The notes under the pieces are model-generated. The model was not told the DNA's origin. It made no database searches and worked only from the letters and a program-made list of their open reading frames with translations. From Syntrophales bacterium (GTDB lineage Bacteria; Desulfobacterota; Syntrophia; Syntrophales; UBA2210): a stretch of 64,000 nt of DNA. Shown one piece after another: positions 21,993-30,681 of the stretch. A program made the position numbers and the translations under genes. Position 1 is the first letter of the stretch; every line of letters begins with the position of its first letter. The DNA is taken from the NCBI GenBank assembly GCA_963662405.2, contig CAXXKT010000001.1, positions 1,152,001-1,216,000 on the forward strand. Reading direction: 5' to 3'.

Positions 21993-22683
21993 AAATATCA
22001 ACTGCTTTTACGGAGATGTCCAGGTCATCTACGGCGTGTCGATGCATGTTGAAGAAGGTGAAATCATTAGTATGATCGGTGCCAACGGTGCCGGAAAATC
22101 AACAATTCTCAGGTGTATTTCAGGTTTGATGAAGGCGGCCTCAGGAGAGATCTATTTTGAAGGCCAACCGATTCACAACCATCGACCCGAGAAAATTGTG
22201 GACCGCGGTGTGATCCACGTCCCCGAGGGTCGAAAACTGTTCTCCCTGATGACATCGAAAGAGAACCTCGAGGTGGGTGCACACAACCCCCGCGCCTATC
22301 CTCACATGAAGGAAAGCTTCGCAGATGTCTACAAACTGTTGCCGCGGTTGCAGGAGCGGGAGGATCAGCAGGCGATTACCATGAGCGGTGGTGAACAGCA
22401 AATGGTAGCCATTGGCCGCGGGATGATGGCCATGCCAAAGATCCTGATGCTCGACGAGCCATCACTTGGTCTTGCTCCTGTCCTGATCCAGGAAATCTTC
22501 CAGACGATCAGGAAAATTGCGGACCAGGGAACCACCGTACTGCTCGTGGAGCAAGACGTGCAGCATTCTCTCAGTCTGAGTGATCGTGGATATGTACTCG
22601 AACACGGCCGCATCGCTTATGAAGGCACGGGAAAAGAGTTGTTGGATAACCCGAATATCCGAGAGGCCTACCTCGGGATATAG
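21973..22683 (+). CDS. livF: ABC ATPase, LivF-like
   Basis: GANGAGKST, VPEGR, MSGGEQQM, LDEPSLGLAP. Confidence 0.92.
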   Translation: MSLLEIKNINCFYGDVQVIYGVSMHVEEGEIISMIGANGAGKSTILRCISGLMKAASGEIYFEGQPIHNHRPEKIVDRGVIHVPEGRKLFSLMTSKENLEVGAHNPRAYPHMKESFADVYKLLPRLQEREDQQAITMSGGEQQMVAIGRGMMAMPKILMLDEPSLGLAPVLIQEIFQTIRKIADQGTTVLLVEQDVQHSLSLSDRGYVLEHGRIAYEGTGKELLDNPNIREAYLGI

Positions 22684-22913
22684 TAGTCAACTCATGAACT
22701 ATGTAAAGAGGGTGCATTCCCGCCCCCGCCAGGGAGCGGGAATGCATGCCGGAGAATCGATGGCTTTGCAATCCTGCCCGGGTGATCACCGGGCATGGGT
22801 AAGAGGGGGAGTAGTGCGTGACAAATGCCCTGGGATGGAGACACGACAATAAAAGAGGTGCGGTTCATCCACGAGGTTTTTGTATATACTCATTTTTTTG
22901 AAGGGAGGAAGCC

Positions 22914-23660
22914 ATGAAAGTAGATCTCAATGTGGACATGGGTGAGAGTTTTGGGATGTATACCATGGGAAATGATGAGGCGTTTATGTCCTACATCACA
23001 AGTGCAAATGTTGCCTGCGGATATCACGCGGGAGATCCCACCGTGATGAAGAAGACGGTGGATCTGGCCAAGAAGCATGGCGTGCAGGTGGGTGCTCATC
23101 CCGGGCTCCCCGATTTGCAGGGCTTCGGGCGCCGTGAAATTAACATGACGATGGATGAAATCTACAGCGATATCGTCTATCAGGCCGGCGCACTGAAGGC
23201 CTTTGTCGAAGCGGCGGGCATGAAACTGCACCATGTGAAACCCCACGGTACACTGTACGGCATGGCGCACCGCAGAGAGGATGTAGCGCGGGCGATCTGC
23301 CAGGCCATCCTTGATGTGGACAAGGGCCTGTATCTCTACGCCATGAAGAAAGGGGTGATCGAGGGGGTAGCAAAGGAGATGGGCGTGAAAGTCGTCTTCG
23401 AAGTGTATGCCGATCTCGATTATGACGCGGAAGGAAATCTGGTCATCACAAGACATCATGAGGCACATAAGCCGGAAGATGTCGCCGCAAAGGTCATCAA
23501 GATGGTCAAAGACGGTCGTGTCAGCACGACCGACGGAACGGAGATCGATATCGAAGGATCGTCGGTCTGTGTTCACTCCGACAGCCCCGGCGCCATAGAG
23601 ATTGTCACCGCAGTCCGAAAGGTACTGGATAACAACGGGTACGAGATCGTTTCCCCGTAA
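22914..23660 (+). CDS. pxpA: LamB/YcsF family protein (5-oxoprolinase subunit A / lactam utilisation)
   Basis: DLNVDMGESFG, SANVACGYHAGDP, GAHPG, HVKPHGTLY, CVHSDSPGA. Confidence 0.93.
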   Translation: MKVDLNVDMGESFGMYTMGNDEAFMSYITSANVACGYHAGDPTVMKKTVDLAKKHGVQVGAHPGLPDLQGFGRREINMTMDEIYSDIVYQAGALKAFVEAAGMKLHHVKPHGTLYGMAHRREDVARAICQAILDVDKGLYLYAMKKGVIEGVAKEMGVKVVFEVYADLDYDAEGNLVITRHHEAHKPEDVAAKVIKMVKDGRVSTTDGTEIDIEGSSVCVHSDSPGAIEIVTAVRKVLDNNGYEIVSP

Positions 23661-23821
23661 TGGCTATCTATGTGTATGTGTGATCAGTCTGGAGAGGAAA
23701 TACCGGGAAAGACGGTATGGATCCCAAAGCGAATATGATGGGTTGAATGTAGAGAGGAAAGGAGGTTTTTGGGTCACCTAGGGTGTAGTTTCGAACAATT
23801 AACGAAAGGAGCTCAAATACT

Positions 23822-24808
23822 ATGGGAGAAAGAGACTATAATGTGATTCTGGACACGTTGCCTGCAACTGAGACGAGACTGGAAGTACTGTTCCGGCAGG
23901 CGGGAGATGGTTTTCTTCAGATTGAGTATGGGAGAACGCAGCGTGCAAACCTGCTCGATTCCTTCCGGATGCAGACGATCGATGCGGAGGTCAGGGAAAA
24001 GGCGCCGAAGGGGTTCATTGAAACCCTGCCGGGGGTCAGGACGAATATGATCCATTTCGACCCCGAGGTGCTCGATGTCCGTGCCCTTATCGATATGATC
24101 AAACAGTTCGAAGAAGATCTTCCCGACGTGGAGCATATCGTGATGCCGTCACGTCTGATTCACCTGCCGATCGCGTTCGAAGACAGCGAGACCAAAAAAG
24201 CTGTGGAAAAGTATGTGAAAGAAATTAGGCCCGATGCCCCCAATGTCATTAACGGTTATAACCTGGAGTACATGGCCCTCTGCAACGGGGTGACCGCCGA
24301 GGATATCAAAAAGATCCTCCTTGCCACCGAGTGGTATAACAGCGGCGGCGGTTTCTGGCCCGGCGGCGGTTTCTTCTGGCCGGTCGACCCGCGGTGCGCC
24401 ATTGTTGTCCCCAAATACAATCCGCCCCGAACCTGGACACCGGAAGGAACGGTTGGCATCGGTGGCCCCTGTGTCTTTACCTACACCACCGCAACCGGCG
24501 GCGGATATCAGCTTTTCGGGAGAACGATCCCCGTCTTCCAGTTCGCCCAGAAACACCCCCTCTTCAAGAAATCACCATTCCTGTATGTCAACGGTGACAG
24601 AATCGTATTCCACGAGGTTAGTGAGAAGGAGATCCTCGATGGGTTCGATCACGTCCACAACAAGGCCGATTACGAGTATGAGATCGAGGACGGCGAGATC
24701 GTGGTCAAGGAATACTTGGATTTCGTGAATTCTGAAGAGGTCAAAAAGGGCGCTGCGGAATTTCAGGCCAAACAGGCCGAGGGTTCAAAGACGGCCCCCC
24801 GCCTCTAA
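23822..24808 (+). CDS. Carboxyltransferase subdomain C/D protein (urea-carboxylase-type, PxpB-related)
   Basis: RQAGDGFLQIEYG, RPDAP, KYNPPRTWTPEGTVGIGG, GGYQLFGRT; 328 aa, longer than a typical PxpB. Confidence 0.85.
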   Translation: MGERDYNVILDTLPATETRLEVLFRQAGDGFLQIEYGRTQRANLLDSFRMQTIDAEVREKAPKGFIETLPGVRTNMIHFDPEVLDVRALIDMIKQFEEDLPDVEHIVMPSRLIHLPIAFEDSETKKAVEKYVKEIRPDAPNVINGYNLEYMALCNGVTAEDIKKILLATEWYNSGGGFWPGGGFFWPVDPRCAIVVPKYNPPRTWTPEGTVGIGGPCVFTYTTATGGGYQLFGRTIPVFQFAQKHPLFKKSPFLYVNGDRIVFHEVSEKEILDGFDHVHNKADYEYEIEDGEIVVKEYLDFVNSEEVKKGAAEFQAKQAEGSKTAPRL

Positions 24809-24832
24809 TCACATCTGCAGAAGGAGGACGTT

Positions 24833-25816
24833 ATGTTGAAGATATTAAAGGGTGGTATTGAATCGATGGTTGAGGATTGGCCCGGCAGGTTGGGATATCT
24901 GAGCAAGGGTATGGCCGCTTCCGGTGCTCTGGACAATATGGCTCTTCAGTTCGGAAATCTGCTGGTGGGAAACCCCATTGACGAGGCAGGCGTGGAGATC
25001 GCCGGTGGCTATTTCGAGGCAGAATTTCTGGATGATGGCGTGATCAGCGTGTGCGGAACCGACATGAAACCCACCATCAACGGCACGTCGATCCCCATGT
25101 GGGAGGCTGTCGCGGTGAAGAAGGGCGATACGTTGAACCTCGCCGTATTCGGAGAGTTCGGATTCCGCGCATATCTTGCCATTGCCGGCGGGATCGATGT
25201 CCCCAAATATCTGGGGAGCAAATCGACCTGTATGTTTGGAAGCTACGGCGGTTTTGAAGGACGGGCGCTGCTCCCCGGCGATGTCCTGAAGATCGGCGCT
25301 CCCTCAAAGAATCTGGGCGATCTCGCGGGACGGAAGCTGAAGGACGATGTGGTCCCGAAATACTCGCGAGTCTGGGAACTGCGGACCATACCGGGACCCA
25401 ACACCTGCCCCGATTACGTGACGAAGGAGGGAATGGATTATCTGTATGAGACCGAGCACAAGATACAGCATACCTCCAACCGTTCCGCCTATCGTATCGA
25501 ATCGGTCCCGGAGTATTTCTGGGCGCGAAAGGATGGGGGCGTCGGTGGAAGCCATCCGTCCAACATCGTTGATCACGGTTACGCGATTCGCGGTACCCTG
25601 AACATCTGTGGTGATACCCCCATTATTCTGATCGGGGATGGGCCCACGCTGGGCGGGTATGTCAACGTGATGCACGTAATAAATGCGGATCTGTGGAAAA
25701 TCGGCCAGGGAACCCCTGCCCGTGACAGTTTCAAGTTCAGCTATATCACCCGAGAAGGGGCGATAGAGGAACGGAAGAAACAGAAGGCCCTGTATACTGA
25801 AGCGTCAATTGCTTAA
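24833..25816 (+). CDS. Carboxyltransferase subdomain A/B protein (PxpC-related)
   Basis: DWPGRLGY, SGALD, GFRAYLAIAGGIDVP-YLGSKST, GGSHPSNI, DGPTLGGY. Confidence 0.88.
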   Translation: MLKILKGGIESMVEDWPGRLGYLSKGMAASGALDNMALQFGNLLVGNPIDEAGVEIAGGYFEAEFLDDGVISVCGTDMKPTINGTSIPMWEAVAVKKGDTLNLAVFGEFGFRAYLAIAGGIDVPKYLGSKSTCMFGSYGGFEGRALLPGDVLKIGAPSKNLGDLAGRKLKDDVVPKYSRVWELRTIPGPNTCPDYVTKEGMDYLYETEHKIQHTSNRSAYRIESVPEYFWARKDGGVGGSHPSNIVDHGYAIRGTLNICGDTPIILIGDGPTLGGYVNVMHVINADLWKIGQGTPARDSFKFSYITREGAIEERKKQKALYTEASIA

Positions 25817-25851
25817 TACATTGATCAATCAAATGAGATGAGGAGGATATT

Positions 25852-26073
25852 ATGGATTTCGCTGTGGAAGCGACGATGCCGGGATTGGTGGCACGAGTTG
25901 TTGTGAACGCGGGTGATGCGGTTGCGGAAGGTCAGGAAGTGGCTGTCATCAATTGTATGAAAACCGAGATCAGTGTTGCTGCCGCGAAGGCAGGCTCTGT
26001 CAAGACCATCAAGGTCAAGGAGTGGGATGAGGTACAGGTCGGCGATCCGATGGTGATCCTGGATGTAGCCTGA
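25852..26073 (+). CDS. Stand-alone biotin carboxyl carrier protein
   Basis: 73 aa biotinyl/lipoyl domain: ATMPG, GDAV-EGQ, NCMKTE (biotinyl-Lys), GD. Confidence 0.88.
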   Translation: MDFAVEATMPGLVARVVVNAGDAVAEGQEVAVINCMKTEISVAAAKAGSVKTIKVKEWDEVQVGDPMVILDVA

Positions 26074-26189
26074 GCGCCTCTCGACGCGTTATTCACATTG
26101 AAATTTCCGTGGGGCGACGTCATCCTGATGCCGCTCCACGGAATCCAACATCGCATCATAAAATTGCTATCGAAGGGGGTAGTATTGTT

Positions 26190-26795
26190 ATGCAAGAGGT
26201 AAAAGAGGTAAATGTGAATGTTCAAGTGGCGGATGCCGGGTCGGCCGGATGGATAGCCTATACGATCGCTACCTGGATCGCGTGGGCGTCCCTGTGCGGA
26301 TTTGTCAACAGCAAGGCCCTGCTCTTCATGGCCTGCATCTCTCTGGCCTGCACCATTCCCTATATCGGTGCCGCGATTACGCAGCTGAAGCTCGGGAATG
26401 TGTCCGGTGGAGTCACGTGGCTCTATTTCGGTGCATTCTTTGCCTTTTGTTCGGCCCTGACCTATGGTGTCAGCTATTTTGCGCCCATCTATGGATGGGA
26501 ACTGGATGCCAGGATCCTGGGATATGAGTGGGCTGTCCTGGGGTTGACACTGATCTGCTCGACACCCATATTCCTGAAGCTGGCACCGGCGGCAGCCGGC
26601 ATATCTGTTATCGGAGCCGATATAGGTATCGTTGGACTGACCCTGATATACTGGGGGATGAACGGTCCGGCCATGTGTCAGTTGAGTGGGTGGGGCTTCT
26701 TTGTGGCAGGTCTTTTCGGCCTTTTTATGACCATCGGGGGTATTCTTGAGGGTGCCGATATGAAGTTCCCCATGGGAAAACCTTTAATGAAGTAG
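26190..26795 (+). CDS. Six-TM small-solute channel, Gpr1/Fun34/YaaH (SatP)-like, divergent
   Basis: About six hydrophobic helices; ADAGSAGWIAY and GNVSGGVTWLYFGAFF resemble family signatures; C-terminal PMGKPL. Confidence 0.6.
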   Translation: MQEVKEVNVNVQVADAGSAGWIAYTIATWIAWASLCGFVNSKALLFMACISLACTIPYIGAAITQLKLGNVSGGVTWLYFGAFFAFCSALTYGVSYFAPIYGWELDARILGYEWAVLGLTLICSTPIFLKLAPAAAGISVIGADIGIVGLTLIYWGMNGPAMCQLSGWGFFVAGLFGLFMTIGGILEGADMKFPMGKPLMK

Positions 26796-26934
26796 ATAAT
26801 GAGAGATGGTAACGGGTTCCGTTAACCCTATGTAAGTGACGGAGTTCGACGTCCGGGTTGATCGGAGAAGAATCTTCGATCAACCCGTGTAACCCGTTGC
26901 CGTCCGCACTTGGTAGAGGATAAGGACAGAATCA

Positions 26935-28290
26935 ATGAAGAAGATTTTAATTGCCAACAGAGGGGAGATTGTTCTTAGGGTAATCAAGGCGGCCAGGGAA
27001 TTGGGGATACAGACCGTTGCTGTCTATTCCGATGTCGACAAGGATGCCGTCCACACACGCGCGGCGGATGAAGCGGTGAATATCGGGACTCCCCCACCTC
27101 CCTTCAGCTATCTGAGTATCGAAAATATTATCAAGGCGGTCAACGAGTCAGGGGCGGACGCAGTGCATCCGGGATATGGTTTTCTTTCTGAAAACGCTGA
27201 TTTCGCTCAGGCTGTGGTCAATAACGGTACCACGTGGATAGGGCCGTCGCCGGAGGTGCTTCGTAATATCGAATCGAAGTCGTATTGCAGAAGCCTGGGA
27301 AAGAAAGTGAACGTTCCGATTACCCCGGGGACTGTCGGGAGTGTGAAGAGTGCGGACGAGATCCGTGCGTTGTTCAAAGAACTGGGTGCTCCGCTCTTGG
27401 TGAAACTCGATAAGGGTGGGGGAGGAAAGGGGATACAGCCCATATACCGCGAAGAGGATATCGAGGCGATATTTGAATCCTCCCAAAGTATCGGGAAGGC
27501 AGCCTTTGGTTCCGGAGATTGTTACATCGAAAAACGGATACTCAATCCACGTCACATCGAGGTTCAGTTCCTCGGTGACATGTATGGAAATTATATCACC
27601 CTCGGCGAGCGAGAATGCTCGGTCCAGAGAAGGTACCAGAAGGTTGTCGAGGAGGCTCCCTCATCGATCGTGACCCCGGAGGAGCGGAAGAATCTGGCGC
27701 AATGGGCAATCAGCATAGCGCGTGAGATGGGGTATATCAACGCCGGAACCGTCGAGTTTCTGCGGGCGGACGATGGCACGTTCTACTTTATGGAAGTCAA
27801 TGCGCGGATACAGGTCGAGCACCCTGTTACCGAGATGGTGACAGGTATCGATCTCGTCAAAAGCCAGTTGCGGATTGCCTCGAATGAAAAGCTGGATATC
27901 GTCCAGGACGATATCCAGATCAATGGCCATGCCATTGAGGCCCGTATCTATGCGGAAGATCCGGAAACCTTTATGCCTTCGCCGGGAACGATCAGCATGG
28001 TAGTGCTCCCTGAAGAAAAGAATGGGATACGGATCGACCATGCCCTCGAAGAGGGTATGAGGGTGTCGCCCTTTTATGATCCCATGCTGGCAAAGGCGAT
28101 CGCATGGGGTGAAAACCGTGACGCGGCCGTTGAACGGCTGGAGGGTCTGCTGGGTGAACTGGTGATCGGGGGCGTGAAGACCACCATACCCCTCGGGCAG
28201 CTCATATTGAAGAGTGAACCCTTCAAGCAAGGAACCTTTACCACGGATTCTATGAATGATATCTTGCCGGGAGCGAAGGAGTCAAAGTAA
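26935..28290 (+). CDS. accC: Biotin carboxylase subunit
   Basis: KILIANRGEI, HPGYGFLSENA, GGGGKG, RECSVQRRYQK, FMEVNARIQVEHPVTE, YDPMLAK. Confidence 0.93.
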   Translation: MKKILIANRGEIVLRVIKAARELGIQTVAVYSDVDKDAVHTRAADEAVNIGTPPPPFSYLSIENIIKAVNESGADAVHPGYGFLSENADFAQAVVNNGTTWIGPSPEVLRNIESKSYCRSLGKKVNVPITPGTVGSVKSADEIRALFKELGAPLLVKLDKGGGGKGIQPIYREEDIEAIFESSQSIGKAAFGSGDCYIEKRILNPRHIEVQFLGDMYGNYITLGERECSVQRRYQKVVEEAPSSIVTPEERKNLAQWAISIAREMGYINAGTVEFLRADDGTFYFMEVNARIQVEHPVTEMVTGIDLVKSQLRIASNEKLDIVQDDIQINGHAIEARIYAEDPETFMPSPGTISMVVLPEEKNGIRIDHALEEGMRVSPFYDPMLAKAIAWGENRDAAVERLEGLLGELVIGGVKTTIPLGQLILKSEPFKQGTFTTDSMNDILPGAKESK

Positions 28291-28521
28291 AGATACATGA
28301 CGGACACCGGTCGTGGAAAAGGGCCCGGATTCATTTCCCCTGCGGAAACGGTCTGTGTGCGGCTGGTGCCCATACGGCGGATATCACGGAAGTGATTGGC
28401 CCCGGGCGATGTCTCTCCTTTCCTGAAGAGACATCGTCCGCAGTTGTGATGTGAGGATGTAATGATCGGGCATGAGTCACAGGATGGCACATATAGGGAT
28501 GTTTCAACGGGTTTCATGCCG

Positions 28522-28556
28522 GGCGGTTTTTCATTTTTTTGAAAAACCGCCTTTCC
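28522..28556 (+). terminator. Terminator-like hairpin between biotin carboxylase and the second activator
   Basis: 12-bp stem GGCGGTTTTTCA/TGAAAAACCGCC followed by TTTCC. Confidence 0.5.
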
Positions 28557-28600
28557 TGTTGTAGGATGGGAAGAGAAAGTGGAAGACAAGATGTGCACTC

Positions 28601-30352
28601 ATGAAGAGAGAGCCCCCCATGAAGAGACCGATGAAACTCGAACGTATCTTTAACGATTGTTCCGTCGGTTTCGTTGTTGTCGACGGTGCAGAGGAGATCC
28701 AGTTTGTGAACGACCGGGCCTGTCACATGATTGGCAGGGCGAGAGCGGATCTATTGGGCGCCGCCATCGGGGACGTCAACCCACTCCTCCGGGATATTCT
28801 CAGGTCGGATACCCCCTGTCAAAAAGGACATCATGTTATCAACAAAGATAAAAATCTTGCCGTGCACATCGCCCCCATTACCACGGACGGAAGAGCTGCC
28901 GGTTTTTTTATCTCCCTCCTGGATATACGGGAACTGAAGAGGATCACCGATGAGTTGCAATCATATCAGAACAGGATCAGCCAGTTTGATGCCATTTTCA
29001 ATACGACGTCCGACGGTATCTGGCTCTGCGACGGAGAGGGAACAATCCTGGCAATCAATAAAACATCCGAGGGGTTTAACGGTATTCGCGCTGAGGATTT
29101 TATAGGCAAAAACATTGCCTTTGCAGCGGAAAAAGGGATCTTTGACAGATCGGGAACCATGGAGGCAATCAAGGCCAGACGCGAAGTTACGATCGTCCAG
29201 AATGTAACCAAACGGAAGCATTCCCTCATGGTGACCGGGACCCCTGTCTTTGATGAGACCGGAGAGATCGCTATGGTGGTTGTAACTGAACGGGACATGA
29301 CTCAGCTGAATGTAATCCGTGATCAGCTTGCACAGACCCTCATGGTGACGGAACGGTACAAGGACGAACTGGCGAAACTCAGTATGCAGGATTTTGCGGA
29401 GGAGGGGATCGTCGCCGAGAGCGAGGAAATGCGTAAGACCCTTCGTGTCGCGAGGAGACTTGCCTACCTGAATGTATCCAATATACTTATACTCGGTGAA
29501 TCGGGTACGGGGAAGGGTGTCCTCGCCAAACTCATCCACAAAAAAAGTGTACGACAGGAAAAACCCTTCGTGCAGATCAACTGTGCGGCACTCCCGGAGA
29601 GCCTGCTCGAGGCGGAGCTGTTCGGGTATGAAAAAGGGGCCTTCACCGGTGCCCGGGAGCAGGGAAAGATCGGACTCTTTGAACTCGCGCAGGGAGGGAC
29701 CCTCTTTCTTGATGAGATCGGCGATCTTCCCCTGGCACTCCAGGCCAAACTGCTGAAGTATCTCGATGATAATGAGATCATCAGACTAGGGGGCATCAAA
29801 CCCAAGAAGATCGATTGTACCATCATTGCCGCGACAAACCGGGATCTCGAGACGCTGACGGAATCGAGACAATTTCGCGAAGATCTCTATTTCCGCCTCA
29901 ACTCGTTCGTCATCAGAATTCCTCCTCTGCGGGAACGCACCGGCGATATATTTGAACTGGTGCATTTTTTCCTCAACCGGTATAATCAGACGTATCAAGT
30001 TGACAAACGTATTACCCACCGGGCGTTATCACTTTTAAACGAATATTCCTTTCCGGGAAATGTGCGAGAACTCCAGAATCTCTTCAAGCAGGCCGTCGTG
30101 ATGAGCGAGGATGATGAGGTGGATGATTTCGTGATCCACGCCTGTGGTCGAAGGGCCAAGACCCGGAATCAGAAAGAGAGTTTTCGGAAAATCGACATGC
30201 CTTTGGCAGACACAATGCGCCTGCAGGAACGTGCCGTGCTGGAGGATGCCGTGAAACACTGCCGTTCAACCCGAGAGATGGCCCGTTTTCTGGGTATTGG
30301 TCAGACATCTGTCATTCGCAAATTGAAGAAATATAACCTTTCACTCAGGTGA
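28601..30352 (+). CDS. Sigma-54-dependent activator (2x PAS - AAA+ - HTH), second paralogue
   Basis: GESGTGKG, EAELFGYEKGAFTGA, LFLDEIG, FPGNVREL, HTH STREMARFLG. Confidence 0.93.
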   Translation: MKREPPMKRPMKLERIFNDCSVGFVVVDGAEEIQFVNDRACHMIGRARADLLGAAIGDVNPLLRDILRSDTPCQKGHHVINKDKNLAVHIAPITTDGRAAGFFISLLDIRELKRITDELQSYQNRISQFDAIFNTTSDGIWLCDGEGTILAINKTSEGFNGIRAEDFIGKNIAFAAEKGIFDRSGTMEAIKARREVTIVQNVTKRKHSLMVTGTPVFDETGEIAMVVVTERDMTQLNVIRDQLAQTLMVTERYKDELAKLSMQDFAEEGIVAESEEMRKTLRVARRLAYLNVSNILILGESGTGKGVLAKLIHKKSVRQEKPFVQINCAALPESLLEAELFGYEKGAFTGAREQGKIGLFELAQGGTLFLDEIGDLPLALQAKLLKYLDDNEIIRLGGIKPKKIDCTIIAATNRDLETLTESRQFREDLYFRLNSFVIRIPPLRERTGDIFELVHFFLNRYNQTYQVDKRITHRALSLLNEYSFPGNVRELQNLFKQAVVMSEDDEVDDFVIHACGRRAKTRNQKESFRKIDMPLADTMRLQERAVLEDAVKHCRSTREMARFLGIGQTSVIRKLKKYNLSLR

Positions 30353-30565
30353 ACCACATACGGTGCATCAATTTATTTAATCGTTTGGAATTATTCGATT
30401 TAACATCCTTCAGCCGAACCGCTCACTGGCCTGACGCTTATCTGCATAATATCATTACCACATTTAAAATTCTTTGATCCGGTATCGGTTCGCCTGTGCC
30501 GACAGCCCCCGCAGGGAGTGCCAGCATAATCTGCAATTACAATGGGTTGTGTTTTGTTGTTGCCG

Positions 30566-30581
30566 TGGTATGGCTCTTGCT
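30566..30581 (+). promoter_or_regulatory. Sigma-54 (-24/-12) promoter of gabT2-gdhA
   Basis: TGGTATG-GCTC-TTGCT, exact GG-N10-GC, 100 bp upstream of gabT2 and downstream of an activator gene. Confidence 0.75.
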
Positions 30582-30681
30582 GAAGTACGATGTGTCGGAG
30601 AACGGTGGTGAGAGTGTTTGGTCTCTCAGGTGCTTTTGCTATCAGATAGGATGATCAAGCGGACTACAGGAGGATTTTTTA

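Noticed and set aside
22914..25816. Calling the module a standard 5-oxoprolinase PxpABC
   Set aside because: Not excluded, but the CT subunits carry urea-carboxylase-type motifs, come with biotin carrier and carboxylase genes, and sit in a GABA rather than glutamate pathway run.
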